A DNA stretch of 64,000 nt from an uncultured Acidobacteriaceae bacterium (GCA_963816705.1 CAWFLZ010000010.1:153157-217156); one strand, 5' to 3'; positions 20,242 through 30,947 are shown, counted from the stretch's first letter. Program-made: numbers and translations. The notes: generated by a model not told the origin, from the sequence alone.

Positions 20242-20466
20242 CTAGTTCACCACTTCCTTTGCCTCTTCGTCCATCGACGTCATAAAGGACGCGTCGAACG
20301 GCGCCGAATCCATGGAGACGGGAATCTTCTGCATGCCCGTCGCGGTTGGCGCGTAACAGTACCAGCGACCTTCCTCCGGAACGAAATTCACGCTCGCGGA
20401 GAAAATAAATGCTGCATCGGGAATCGCGCATTTCGCATCGCGGGAGAAACTTGGTACGTCATTCAC
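20242..20466 (-). CDS. Small hypothetical protein (about 75 aa from a GTG start)
   Basis: C-terminal 75 aa of ORF 20242..20619 (VNDVPSFSRDAKCAIPDAAFIFSASVNFVPEEGRWYCY...). ggagg lies about 14 nt upstream of the GTG. The upstream part of the listed ORF overlaps another ORF and is probably not coding. Confidence 0.3.
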   Translation of the reverse strand: MNDVPSFSRDAKCAIPDAAFIFSASVNFVPEEGRWYCYAPTATGMQKIPVSMDSAPFDASFMTSMDEEAKEVVN

Positions 20467-20470
20467 ACCC

Positions 20471-20725
20471 CTACTCTGCCTCCGACGATGGGGGCAGGTC
20501 CGGAGGCCCGTCATCACCCAGGCCGTTCTCCCTCTTGCGCTGCTTCTTGATTTCGACGACGTGCTGTGCTGTGGGCCGGACGAACGTATGAAGCTGAAAC
20601 AGGGCGTTACCGACGCCAACCGAAAAATTCCCGAGCCTGCCTTTTGCCTTCGCCCACACCAGGAAGACCAACAGCAGGAGAACGACGATGAGCGCCGGAA
20701 TCATAGCTTGTGGTGCGAGCAACAT
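20471..20725 (-). CDS. Small hypothetical membrane protein
   Basis: 84 aa with an N-terminal TM (IPALIVVLLLLVFLVW). It lies between dnaK and dnaJ, where grpE would normally be. Confidence 0.35.
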   Translation of the reverse strand: MLLAPQAMIPALIVVLLLLVFLVWAKAKGRLGNFSVGVGNALFQLHTFVRPTAQHVVEIKKQRKRENGLGDDGPPDLPPSSEAE

Positions 20726-20805
20726 CGATGTGCTCCTAACAGGGCTGCCATTCTGTCCGTAACAACGAGCGGGGCAGGGCTTACAACGTCGCCCCGCCCC
20801 GCGGA

Positions 20806-22752
20806 TTATTTTTTGTCCTCGACATCGACATACTCAGCATCGATCACGCCTTCATCTTTCTTCTGCTGAGCCTGCCCATTATCGGATCCGGAAGCCGCGC
20901 CCGCTCCAGGTCCCGCACCCGGCCCACCCGCCTCCGGCCCTCCCGCCGCCTGCGTAGCCTTATACATCTGCTCCGCAAGTTTGTGCGACGCCGCCGTCAG
21001 CTTCTCGCGCGCCGAATCCATCTGTGTCTTGTCATTCGACTCGATGGCCTTCTTCGCGTCGGCCAGCGCGTTCTCCACATCTCCGCGCTCCGAGCCCGAG
21101 ATCTTGTCGCCATGCTCCTTCAGCATCTTCTCGATGTTGTAAGTCATCGAGTCGAGCTGATTCTTGGAGTCGATCGCGTCGCGCTGCGCTTTGTCCTCGG
21201 CCGCATGCGCATCCGCTTCCTTCGCCATGCGCTCGACCTCTTCCTTGCTTAGACCCGAAGACGACGTAATCGTAATCTTCTGATCCTTGCCGGTGGCGTT
21301 ATCTTTCGCAGTCACATTCAAAATGCCGTTCGCGTCAATGTCGAACGTCACTTCAATCTGCGGAATCCCGCGCGGAGCCGGTGGCAGTCCAGTCAAATGG
21401 AACTTGCCCAAAGTCCGGTTCTGCGCCGCCATCGGACGCTCGCCCTGAAGCACGTGCACTTCAACCGAAGTCTGCGAATCCGCTGCCGTAGAAAACGTCT
21501 CCGTCTTCTTCGTCGGAATGGTAGTGTTCCGCGGAATCATCGGCGTAGCCACGCCGCCCAGTGTCTCGATCGACAACGTCAACGGAGTCACGTCGAGCAA
21601 GAGCAGGTCTTTCACCTCGCCCTTGAGCACGCCACCCTGAATCGCCGCGCCCACTGCCACGACTTCATCCGGGTTCACGCCCTTGTGCCCCTCGCGTCCA
21701 AACAGATCCTTCACGATCTGCTGAATGCGCGGCATGCGCGTCTGTCCGCCGACCAGCACCACTTCGTTGATCTTCGAGGCGTCAACACCCGCATCTTTCA
21801 AGCACTGCTTCGACGGCCCAACCGAGCGTTGCAAGATGTCCTCGACCATCGATTCCAGCTTGGCGCGAGTCAGCTTGACGACCAGGTGCTTCGGACCAGA
21901 AGCGTCCGCCGTAATAAACGGCAGATTGATCTCCGTCTCCATGGTGGTCGAAAGCTCGATCTTCGCCCGCTCGGCTGCGTCGCGCAGACGCTGCAAAGCC
22001 ATCTCATTGCCCTTGCCGCGCAGGTCGAGCCCTTCATTCTTCTTGAACTCGTCAATCAGCCAATCGACCAGCCGCTGATCGATGTTGTCGCCGCCCAGGT
22101 GCGTGTCGCCATTGGTCGCCTTGACCTCGATCACGCCCTCGCCCACTTCGAGCACCGAGATGTCAAAAGTTCCGCCGCCAAAGTCGTAAACGGCAATCGT
22201 CTCGTCTTTGCCCTTGTCGAGCCCGTAAGCGAGCGCAGCCGCCGTCGGCTCATTGATAATGCGCTTCACTTCGAGCCCGGCAATCTTGCCGGCATCTTTG
22301 GTCGCCTGGCGCTGCGCGTCATTAAAGTACGCAGGCACAGTGATGACGGCTTCCGTCACCTTCTCGCCGAGGTAGTCTTCAGCAGCCTTCTTCAGCTTCT
22401 GCAGAATCAACGCCGAAATCTCCGGCGGGGTATACTTCTTCCCCTGCGCCACGATGACAACGTTGTCGCCATCGCGCTCGACCTTATAAGGGACCATCTT
22501 CAACTCTTCCGAAACCTCGTCATAGCGCCGTCCCATAAAGCGCTTGATCGAGTAAACCGTGTTCTCCGGATTGGTAATGGCCTGCCGTTTGGCGACCTGC
22601 CCCACCAACCGCTCGCCGGTCTTGGTAAATCCAACCACCGAAGGGGTAGTCCGGCCGCCCTCCTCGTTCGGTATAACTTTCGGCTCGCCGCCCTCCATAA
22701 CCGCTACGCAGGAGTTGGTGGTGCCGAGGTCAATTCCGATAATCTTTCCCAT
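20806..22752 (-). CDS. dnaK: Molecular chaperone DnaK (Hsp70)
   Basis: 648 aa with canonical Hsp70 motifs ([16 protein letters not shown]) and a GC hairpin terminator just downstream (about 20750..20800). Confidence 0.97.
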   Translation of the reverse strand: MGKIIGIDLGTTNSCVAVMEGGEPKVIPNEEGGRTTPSVVGFTKTGERLVGQVAKRQAITNPENTVYSIKRFMGRRYDEVSEELKMVPYKVERDGDNVVIVAQGKKYTPPEISALILQKLKKAAEDYLGEKVTEAVITVPAYFNDAQRQATKDAGKIAGLEVKRIINEPTAAALAYGLDKGKDETIAVYDFGGGTFDISVLEVGEGVIEVKATNGDTHLGGDNIDQRLVDWLIDEFKKNEGLDLRGKGNEMALQRLRDAAERAKIELSTTMETEINLPFITADASGPKHLVVKLTRAKLESMVEDILQRSVGPSKQCLKDAGVDASKINEVVLVGGQTRMPRIQQIVKDLFGREGHKGVNPDEVVAVGAAIQGGVLKGEVKDLLLLDVTPLTLSIETLGGVATPMIPRNTTIPTKKTETFSTAADSQTSVEVHVLQGERPMAAQNRTLGKFHLTGLPPAPRGIPQIEVTFDIDANGILNVTAKDNATGKDQKITITSSSGLSKEEVERMAKEADAHAAEDKAQRDAIDSKNQLDSMTYNIEKMLKEHGDKISGSERGDVENALADAKKAIESNDKTQMDSAREKLTAASHKLAEQMYKATQAAGGPEAGGPGAGPGAGAASGSDNGQAQQKKDEGVIDAEYVDVEDKK

Positions 22753-22838
22753 AGCTTCCTCCTAAAACTGCCTCATTCTTTTGGAATAAGTGCATTAAAA
22801 TCAATGTGATGATGATTGCGTCCTATAGCATGATAGGA

Positions 22839-22859
22839 CTTGAGTGAATCACTGTCAAG
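22839..22859. promoter_or_regulatory. HAIR-like inverted repeat (candidate HspR operator) upstream of dnaK
   Basis: In dnaK sense it reads CTTGACA-gtgattc-ACTCAAG, against the HAIR consensus CTTGAGT-N7-ACTCAAG. It lies about 90 bp upstream of the dnaK start. A second IR, tcctat-agcatg-atagga, is adjacent at 22821..22838. Confidence 0.5.
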
Positions 22860-22975
22860 GATTAGATGCGGGTGCGAGGGAAACGGATGCGATGGCAAGA
22901 CACCGTCCGCGACCGCCGCCCTAGGTTTTGAAACCTGCCTCCTTGCCTGCCATCCAAAATGGCCAGGAGGTATTT

Positions 22976-23428
22976 ATGACCCTCGAACTCCTTACCTTGG
23001 TGGTGCTGGGTTTGATGTGCGGAAGCGAGCTCAATGTGGCGGCATTTGGGCACCCGACTCTCAACCGGGTGCCGCTCGACGCGCACATTCTAGTGCGGTC
23101 GTCATTCGCATCTCTCTTCGGCCGCGTCATGCCGTTTTGGATGGCTGCTTCTACGCTGCTGAATCTCCTCTTGCTTCTGCCCTTCGCGCATTTGAATGGC
23201 GATGCCTGGCGGCTGGCCGCAATTGCATTTGCGATCCAGGTGTTGGCCGTTGTGTTCTCGCTCGTCGCACCGGTACCGATCAACAACCGGATTGCGAAGT
23301 GGACTCCAAACTCTCTGCCCGGCGATTGGAAGGCGCAGGAGCACCGGTGGGACCTGTATCACTGGGTGCGGACTTTCGGGCTGGTCGGGGCGTTTGCGAT
23401 TCTGGCCGTCAGTCTCGTTGTGCGCTGA
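22976..23428 (+). CDS. DUF1772-family membrane protein (4 TM)
   Basis: Internal Met start MTLELLTLVVLGLMCG. Four TM helices with the ELNVAAFGHP and WDLYHWVRT features of DUF1772. The listed ORF starts at 22928. Confidence 0.6.
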   Translation: MTLELLTLVVLGLMCGSELNVAAFGHPTLNRVPLDAHILVRSSFASLFGRVMPFWMAASTLLNLLLLLPFAHLNGDAWRLAAIAFAIQVLAVVFSLVAPVPINNRIAKWTPNSLPGDWKAQEHRWDLYHWVRTFGLVGAFAILAVSLVVR

Positions 23429-23526
23429 AAGATGTATCGCTTGCTCGTGAGTTCGGCCGATAGTTCTTTCACGATGCGGCATCTCGGCGTGCCTGGTTAG
23501 CACGATGGCATCTCGCGACGTGACTC

Positions 23527-24423
23527 TTACTGCATCAACGTCCACGCCCGGAAAGCCCACACCACCGGCACCGCAAAGAGCATGGCGTCGATGCGGTCGA
23601 GCATGCCTCCATGGCCGGGGAGAATAGAGCCCGAGTCCTTAACTCCGGCGCCGCGCTTGATCAGGGACTCGACCAGATCGCCGAGCTGGGCGGCTAGGTT
23701 GAGGATGGCGGAAAGCACGACCATGGGCCAGAGAGTCGGCTGCTCCTGGCCGAACATTCCACTACGTGCGTCGATTAAACCGACGCGAAGTAGGACTTCA
23801 CTCAAGTGGGTGGCGTAGTGGAACCAGACTATGCCGACGAGAACGCTGGCGACGACGGAGGCGATCGCACCTTCCCAGGTTTTTTTGGGGCTGATGCGCG
23901 GCGACATGAGATGGCGGCCCATGGCTTTGCCGACGAAGTAGGCGAAGATGTCTCCCGCCCAAACCGCGAGAAGCGTGTAGATGACCCAGATGGCGCCGGC
24001 AGGCTGGCGGCGGATTTCTACCAGCAGAGCCATTGGGATTGCAATGTAGGTGAAGGCGAAAGTGGATGCGGCGGCAGCGGGGTAGCTGGTGCGTAGATCG
24101 GCGCGGCGCATGGCGACGGTCAGGAAAACGAAAGGCGCAAACGCGGCGGCTACTGTTATGCCGTAAAGCGCGGAGGCCGCTTCCATGAGCGCGGTGGGGC
24201 CAGCGGAGGCAACGATGACGAAGAGGAAAAAGGCGGCGGTGAAAATGTGAGTTGATTGTGAGAGCGGCTGGATTGCGTAGTGACTAGCCAGCTTAAGAAA
24301 TTCGGCGATGGCGAGTATTGCCACTACAGCCGAGACGATGACAAGAAGATAGGTCGGCGCTTTCAGTACGAGAATAAGAACTAGCGGAATCAGGACTACG
24401 GCGGTCGCTATGCGCGGGATCAT
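23527..24423 (-). CDS. cdsA: Phosphatidate cytidylyltransferase CdsA
   Basis: Start taken at the internal Met (MIPRIATAVVL...). The upstream part of ORF 23527..24603 overlaps uppS and is non-coding. Conserved C-terminal CTP_transf_1 motifs (KTWEG, SxxKR..GxKD). Confidence 0.85.
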   Translation of the reverse strand: MIPRIATAVVLIPLVLILVLKAPTYLLVIVSAVVAILAIAEFLKLASHYAIQPLSQSTHIFTAAFFLFVIVASAGPTALMEAASALYGITVAAAFAPFVFLTVAMRRADLRTSYPAAAASTFAFTYIAIPMALLVEIRRQPAGAIWVIYTLLAVWAGDIFAYFVGKAMGRHLMSPRISPKKTWEGAIASVVASVLVGIVWFHYATHLSEVLLRVGLIDARSGMFGQEQPTLWPMVVLSAILNLAAQLGDLVESLIKRGAGVKDSGSILPGHGGMLDRIDAMLFAVPVVWAFRAWTLMQ

Positions 24424-24508
24424 TAAATGAGAGTGGGACGGGCGTCGGGAAATCTTAAACCACGGAAGGTAAAGAGGGCCACTCAGGACTTCTTGCGAGG
24501 CGCGAAAT

Positions 24509-25361
24509 TCAGGATTTGACTTCAGCGTGGGCGCGTTGCTTCGGGTGTCCTCCCGGCTTCGATTCGTCGCGGGAGTGCGCAACATCGTGAACCAGTCCGC
24601 CATAGCGCCGTTCGCGCTTTTGATATTCCTCGATGCCTTCGAGGAGTTGAAGCCCGCGGAAGTCGGGCCACAAGGTTTGCGTCACGTAGATTTCGGCGTA
24701 GGCGAGCTGCCAAAGTAGAAAATTGCTCAGCCGCATTTCTCCGCTGGTGCGAACGACCAGATCGGGATCGGGCAGGTCACGGGTGTAGAGATTTTCGCTG
24801 ATCGATTGTTCCGTCGACTTCGAGGTGGTTGACGCCTCCGTTGCGGGAGGCAGCTTCGGCAAGGGCGCGGAAGGCGTCAACGATTTCACTGCGCGCGCTG
24901 TAGTTGAGCGCGAGCGTCAGGATCATTCCAGTGTTCGCGGCAGTTGCTTCACTCGCTTCCGCCATTTCGCGTTGCACGACCTCAGGCAACTCATGCTGGC
25001 GCCCGATGTAGCGCAGGCGAATATTGTTTCCGTTGAGCGTCTTGATTTCAGCCTTAAGGTAGTGGCACAGCAAGCGCATCAGGAAATCGACTTCGGACTT
25101 AGGTCGCTTCTTCCAGTTCTCTTCGGAAAAGGCGTAGAGCGTGAGCGCAGGGATCCCGATGCGAGCCGCGGTTTCTACCGTCGAGCGCACCGCGGCGACA
25201 CCAGCGCGATGTCCGGCGATTCGCGGCAGATGACGGCGGCGAGCCCAGCGCCCGTTTCCGTCCATGATGATCGCGATGTGCCGGGGAAGCCGCGCCGGAT
25301 CGAGCCGCAGGTAAGCATCGCTTTCCTTGCGGTCCATGCCAGCCGGGACCGTGTGTCGCAA
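24509..25361 (-). pseudogene. uppS: Undecaprenyl-diphosphate synthase UppS, 1-bp insertion
   Basis: ORFs 24777..25361 (HIAIIMDGNGRWA, the catalytic N-terminus) and 24509..24889 ([18 protein letters not shown]). An extra G near 24811 breaks ...[13 protein letters not shown].... Confidence 0.85.
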
Positions 25362-25534
25362 GTGGAACTCTCCGAAATCGAAGCTAACACAGGGATTCCG
25401 CGGAGTGCAATGCGAGCTTCGTGCTATGAGCCGGGGAAAACAATATGCGACAAACGATCTGAGAAACGAGTAAAGAGTGCCAAAAAACCAAGTCCCAATA
25501 AGTCTCAGTAGCGACTGGCCAGCTTAGGATCGCA

Positions 25535-26669
25535 CTACTGCGCTTCTTCCGGAAAGATGCCCAGGCTCAGTTTCTCCGTATGCCGGATGATTGTCAGCAT
25601 GCAGCGCGTGCCGACTTGTGCATCCGTCAGGAGCCGGTGCAGATCGTCGACTCCGGCAACCGGCTTTTCGTCCAGCGCCACGATCACGTCGCCCTCGCGG
25701 AGTCCGGCGGTACGCGCCGGACTGTTCGGTTCGAGGCCGACAACCACGACGCCCGTCTCCTTGAGCAAGTTATAAAAGCGCACGACGCGCCGATGGATGG
25801 GGACAGTTTGAGCCGAGACTCCGATGTAGCTGCGGCGAATGCGGCCATCGCGCAGCAAGTCGGCTGGCCACGAACTTGGCGGTATTGATGCCGATCGCAA
25901 AGCAGATACCCTGCGCGGGCAAAATAGTAGCAGTGTTCACGCCGATGACTTCGCCTCGCGAGTCGACCAGCGGGCCGCCGGAGTTGCCGGGGTTGAGCGC
26001 GGCATCGGTTTGGATGACGTCCTCGATCAGCCGTCCAGAGTAGGAACGTAGCGAGCGGCCCAGCGCACTGATCACGCCGGCGGTGACGGTCGATTGAAAG
26101 CCGTAAGGATTGCCGATCGCGATGGCCATCTGCCCAGGGCGCAATTGCTGTGAGTCGCCGAGTAGAACGGGCGTCAGGCTGGAGGCATCGACTCGAATGA
26201 CAGCAATATCGGTGGCCGGATCGTCGCCGATCGTATGGGCGGGAACACGGCGGCCGTCAGAAAGCGTGACTTCGATCTGCGATGCGTTGTGGACGACGTG
26301 GCTGTTGGTGAGAATCAGGCCGTCGGGAGTGAAGACGAATCCGGAGCCTCCGCCGTGGCGCTCGCGGGGCTCGCCCGAGCGAGGGCGTGGCATAGCTAGA
26401 CGAACTTCGAGGTTGACGACAGAAGGGCTGACCTTTTCAACCGCATCGGTGACGGCGCGGGAATAGGCATCGAGGAGCGAACCGTCCGAATGAACGGCGC
26501 CAGAATCGTGAGGCAGGCCGCCAGCGAGATTCTGCGGCGATGAAGACAGAGGATCGGGGGTCAATACACTCGCGGACATGACGGATAGATGCTGCCGCCC
26601 TGATTTGGGATTCGCCGACGCCTCTGCTGAATAGGGCCGGTCGAGTCCGCGATGAGATGGCAAGATCAA
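25535..26669 (-). pseudogene. htrA: HtrA/DegP-family serine protease (trypsin domain plus PDZ), 1-bp insertion at the domain junction
   Basis: ORF 25770..26669 carries the trypsin-like domain (GNSGGPL). ORF 25535..25900 carries the PDZ domain. An extra base near 25862 breaks ...[21 protein letters not shown].... Confidence 0.85.
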
Positions 26670-27613
26670 GCCAGCAGCGAATAGTTTCCGCTGGCGTCTT
26701 CCGTCACGGAGATCGGTTTCAGCTCGGGGTAATGCTTTACCAGCGTTCCCGGGGCGCGAACTTTTTTCCCCTCCAGTAGATGGCGCAACTCGAGGGCATT
26801 GACCGGCGCTTTTGCCTGGTAGTGGTTATTCGCGATCACGAAAGTGGACAGCGCTTTCTTTGCGATGCTTTCGATTTTTTCTTTCCAGTTTCCAAGCTCT
26901 GCCGGTTTGTAGAGATAGTTGTAGCGGTCGTCGCGGTTGGCAGTGTCGGACCCGCTCTCGAACCAATGTTCCTAATTGCGGCCATGCAGCCGGACATAGC
27001 CAAGGTTAGACGTGACGTGCTCAGTAGGTGCGAGAGATCTGCCGAGCAGCGGCTGATCGATGTTGCAGAAGCCCACGTTGTGACGGAGAAATTGGGCCAG
27101 AGTTTCAGGTTGGTTCCAGCTTTCGTTCCGGACTTCAACCACGCGTGGATATTCAATGAACTGCCGGAGAAGCTGATCGAGATATTCGCGGTTGAGGCTG
27201 GTGTTTTTGAACGAGACCGGGAACTGGATGAGCAACGCCCCGAGCATGTTTTCGGCCGCCAGCGATTCGAGGCCTTCGCGAGCGAGTCGCTCGTCTTTGT
27301 CGTTGGGCCGGATGCTGGCGGCGGAAGTCGGCTCCATAACGGCTAGCGGCGAATGCGTGAACGAACGATGCAGCTTGGCCGTGAAAACGAAACTTGGATT
27401 GACGGCTGCCGCCTTGCGGCACCAGAGGCGCCCGAGTTCAGGGCGGATGTGTCCGTAGAACGAAGTGTTGATTTCAATGACGTCGAAGAAGCAGGCCATG
27501 TATTCGACGGCATGGATTTTTTTGCGTGTGACGTCGGGTGGGTAGAGGATCCCCTCCCAATCTTTGTAAGACCAGCCAGCAGTGCCAACGCGGATTTGCG
27601 AGGCTAGTTCCAT
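26666..27613 (-). pseudogene. DUF72 (YecE-like) family protein with an in-frame TAG
   Basis: 26972..27613 reads the DUF72 N-terminus (VGTAGWSY) up to YVRLHGRN, then TAG at 26972..26974. The same frame continues as EHWFESGSDTANRDDRYNYLYKPAELGNWKEK...SLLA to the stop at 26666..26668. Confidence 0.8.
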
Positions 27614-27699
27614 ACGCGCGGGCCAGATCTGGGCAGGTTAGCACAAGGGTTGTGCGGAGCGGGCGCCCACGTGCGCGGGGACTGTCCGAGCAGCCTTGC

Positions 27700-28254
27700 T
27701 TACGGCAAGGAGGTCTTGGTGATCGACGGCAGTTGGCGGGCGAAGTCCTGGACGACGTAGATCCGCCGGTGGCTCCAAAATGCTGCGAAGCCCGCGGAAT
27801 TGTAGGATGGATCGAGCAGGTTCCGGCGGTGAGGCGGGGATTGCATGAGCGCGTCGAAAGCTTTTTCCACACTGGCGTTGTAGGCTACGTTTTCTCCGAC
27901 GCGATCAAGCCGCAGGCCGGTATCAAGCAGCCGCGGCATCAAAGATGGCTCGCCGTCAAACTGGTGCGAGAGTTGTTGGCGCTCGACCATCAGCCGCGCA
28001 TGCACGCGCGCCGCATCGCTCAGGTGCGCATCCATGCGCAAAGGTGGCGCTCCGGCTTCGCGGCGGCGCTGATTCGCGAGTTCGAGCAAGTGCTGTTCGG
28101 CGGCGGAATCTTCGAGGGAGGTGGGGGAGGATTGCGCCGAAACAAATTTGCGGGTGGGCTGCGAACGCTGATTTGTGGTGGAAACATCCTGCGCCAAGCA
28201 TGAACCTGCACTGAACGCTAACATCGCGAGGGTCGCAAACAAGGCTCTGGGCAT
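27700..28254 (-). CDS. Secreted CAP/SCP/PR-1-like domain protein
   Basis: 184 aa with a signal peptide (MPRALFATLAMLAFSAGSCLAQ) and CAP motifs (HxxxR, GENV..., SPPHRRNLL). Confidence 0.75.
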   Translation of the reverse strand: MPRALFATLAMLAFSAGSCLAQDVSTTNQRSQPTRKFVSAQSSPTSLEDSAAEQHLLELANQRRREAGAPPLRMDAHLSDAARVHARLMVERQQLSHQFDGEPSLMPRLLDTGLRLDRVGENVAYNASVEKAFDALMQSPPHRRNLLDPSYNSAGFAAFWSHRRIYVVQDFARQLPSITKTSLP

Positions 28255-28340
28255 GGCTTTTGACCTGGATTCGAGGTCCGGGGAAAGTTCTGCTTTCCAT
28301 CTCTGACGCTAGCCTCTAGAATTCAGCTCAGCCACTTACT

Positions 28341-29692
28341 ATGGAGACCATTCTGCTGGTTACCGTTCTCGCTGGAACCCTTGCCCTGCTTGGGTTTTCG
28401 GCCGTTCTGCTGCGGCGCGTTTCGGCCGCCTCGCAACTGGATGTAAAGGCGGAGGTTGCGGGCGCGCTCGAAAGGCTCGATTCGACCCTTGGCCAGAAGA
28501 TCAGTCTCAGCACTGCCGACATGGCCAGTAGGCTGGAGCAGACTAAAGGGGACCTTCGGCAGCAGGTGACAGACCGTATCCAGCAAGGCTTTTCAGAGAT
28601 TCGGGGCGCAGTGGAGCGGCAACTCGCCGCGGGCAGGGAAGAGCAAAATCGGAGTTTAGCCGACGGGCGCGGCGAGTTAACGCAGTCGTTGGTGCTGACG
28701 ACGCAGCAACTGAAGGCGGAAATTCACGGGCTGAATCAGCAGACCGCGCAGAGCCTGGAGGGGATTCGCGATCGCGTGGATGCGAAGCTGGCCGCGATAA
28801 CTGAGCAGGTGCAAGTCAAGCTCGATCAGAACATCAAGGAAGGATTCGCGCAGTTTGAAAAGGTGCAACAACATTTGCGGGCCGCTGAAGAGCAGTTGAA
28901 GGAAGTCAGCACGCTGGGCCATTCCATCAACGATTTAAATAATCTGCTGAAGCTGCCACACCTGCGCGGGCAATTTGGCGAAGTCCAGCCTGGAACGCCT
29001 GCTGGCGGATTTTCTCCCCTCGCATATGTTTGCGTTGCAGGCGTCGCCGGGCGAAGGTGGTGGGCGGCGCCGATGCGGTGATCTATTTCCCGGATCGCAA
29101 GCTGCCGATTGATGCGAAATTTCCGCGCGAGCAGGTAATCGCGCTCTTTGAAAGCAACGACGAGGCCGAGATTGCCGAAGCGCGCGTGGCGCTGGTGCGC
29201 GTAATGAAGGCGGAGGCCAAGCGGATTCAGCAGTACATTCAGCCGGAAAACGGCACGACCGAAATCGCCCTGATGTATTTGCCGAGCGAGACGCTGTACA
29301 TGGAAGTGATTCGCAATCGCGAACTCGGCGACTGGATGAACCTGCAGCATGTGTTTCCGGTTTCTCCGAACACGCTGCTGATGACTCTGCATACGATTGC
29401 GTTGGTGCACAAATGGTATGAAGTCGCGAGCCGCTTCGAGAAGAGCCGCGCCGAACTGGCCAAAGCGCAGAAGTCGTTCGACTTCTTCCAGAACCAGTTC
29501 GAGAACGTGGGCAAGAATCTGAACAAGGCGCAGGAGGCGTTCGAGACTGCGCAGCGGCACTTGAAGACCTATCGCGGTAAAGTGACCGCGCTCAGCGGAC
29601 AGGAACAGCTGGAACTGGATGCGGCGGCGGAAGCGGCCGCTCCAGACGCGGCGAACAGGCAATTGCCGCTGATCGACAAGGCAAGCGCGTAA
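28341..29692 (+). pseudogene. rmuC: DNA recombination protein RmuC, two indels
   Basis: ORF 28341..29081 (N-terminal TM plus long coiled coil) and ORF 29030..29692 (conserved RmuC nuclease-like C-terminus, DAVIYFPDRKLPIDAKFP). An extra C near 28989 and a second indel near 29060 disrupt ...GEVQLERLLADFLPSHMFALQASPGEGG.... Confidence 0.85.
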
Positions 29693-29696
29693 GGAC

Positions 29697-29792
29697 AATT
29701 GCAGAAGTCAGAAGTCAGATTGCAGAAGTGAAACCAAACTTTTGTTAGCTTTGGGCTCCACTTCTGCAATCTGACCTCTTACTTCTGCAATT
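29697..29792. terminator. Very long near-perfect hairpin (about 34-bp arms) between convergent rmuC and the beta-CA-like gene
   Basis: aattgcagaagtcagaagtcagattgcagaagtg ... cacttctgcaatctgacctcttacttctgcaatt. Its right arm overlaps the stop codon of the 29779 gene. Confidence 0.5.
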
Positions 29793-30234
29793 CTTTGACT
29801 ACTTCCCAGACTCCATCGAACTTCACAAAATATGGCTCGACTGACACGCCGGGGAAGTTTGTGGTGACGAGTTCGGCGGCGCGGAGAAGTTCGGCTCGGT
29901 GGTGCGCGGCTTCGGCGGCGCGGTCCCCTTTGAAATGAGCCAGGCCGCCATAAGTGGCGCAATCGGAATGGCTCATGACGAGAACGCGCTTGCTTTGGTG
30001 CAAGCGGATCGACATGCGAATTTGCTCGAGGATGAAGTCCTGCTCAAAGTCGTTACGCGGCGAGGCCAGTGTTTTAGCGCCGCCGGCGACGACGATCATG
30101 TCGGGGCTTCCAATACCTTGCTTTTTGAGAAATTTGCGGACCACCGTGCTGATGCGATGGTCGAAACAGCAGAGCACGGCGGCGTCGGCCACATAGGGGT
30201 CGGCGGGCGAGTCGAAGTGGAAGACTTTGCGCAT
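29779..30234 (-). CDS. Short beta-class carbonic anhydrase-like protein (Rv1284-like)
   Basis: 151 aa. CFDHR matches the CxDxR zinc/Asp-Arg dyad motif, HSDCATYGG matches HxxC, and the length and architecture fit short clade-D beta-CAs. Confidence 0.55.
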   Translation of the reverse strand: MRKVFHFDSPADPYVADAAVLCCFDHRISTVVRKFLKKQGIGSPDMIVVAGGAKTLASPRNDFEQDFILEQIRMSIRLHQSKRVLVMSHSDCATYGGLAHFKGDRAAEAAHHRAELLRAAELVTTNFPGVSVEPYFVKFDGVWEVVKELQK

Positions 30235-30287
30235 GGCGGTCTCTGAGTATAAATCTCGGGCTTACGGGACGGGCGCGACCCGCCCCA

Positions 30288-30947
30288 CTATGCGCCTCGC
30301 TTGGTTTTTAACTCCGTCAGCAACTGTTCGATGCGGTCTTCTTTTTCGAGCGCGGCGATGCGGTCATCAACGTCGTCGGCAAGCAGTTCGGCCTTCGCCT
30401 GGCCGACGGCTTCTTCGCGCGCTACTTTTCGCTTCATGCGGTCGAAAGTCGCCGACTTGGAATTCTCGCTCATGCCGGAGTGCGCGTCGTTCGCCTCGCT
30501 TGCGGCGCGGGCGCGGCGGTGCTGCGCGATTAGCAGATCGGCTTTGGTGTTTGCCTCGGCCAGTTTCTGCTCCAGCTTGCGCAGGGCAGACTTCAGGTTT
30601 TCGACCTGCGCTTTCTGGTCTTCGACCTGTTGCGTGAAGCCGGCGCTCATTTCGCGATAGCTTTCCACGCGAAGCAGCGAAGCGCGGGCGAGGTCGTCCT
30701 GCTTTTTGTCGACGGAGAGTTCGGCCTTGCGCATCCATTCCTGCACTTTGTCGTCGTTCTCCTGCTTCTTTTTCTCCAGCAGATGCTGATCGGCGATGGC
30801 GATCGCGACCTGCGTCTTGACCTGCAGAAGCTGGTTCTGCATGTCGAGAATGACCTGCTTGATCATCTTCTCCGGATCCTCGGCCTGATCGATCAGGTCG
30901 TTGAGATTCGCTCGTACTAGGGTTGAAACGCGCTCCAGTAATGCCAT
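30288..30947 (-). CDS. pspA: PspA/IM30-family protein (phage shock protein A)
   Basis: 219 aa, all-coiled-coil PspA signature (ALLERVSTLVRANLNDLIDQAEDPEKMIKQVILDMQ). Confidence 0.85.
   Translation of the reverse strand: MALLERVSTLVRANLNDLIDQAEDPEKMIKQVILDMQNQLLQVKTQVAIAIADQHLLEKKKQENDDKVQEWMRKAELSVDKKQDDLARASLLRVESYREMSAGFTQQVEDQKAQVENLKSALRKLEQKLAEANTKADLLIAQHRRARAASEANDAHSGMSENSKSATFDRMKRKVAREEAVGQAKAELLADDVDDRIAALEKEDRIEQLLTELKTKRGA

Noticed and set aside
23527-24603. Long N-terminal extension of CdsA (first 60 aa of ORF 23527..24603)
   Set aside because: The extension overlaps the uppS coding region and is Arg/Ser-rich junk. The conserved CdsA sequence begins at the internal Met at 24423.
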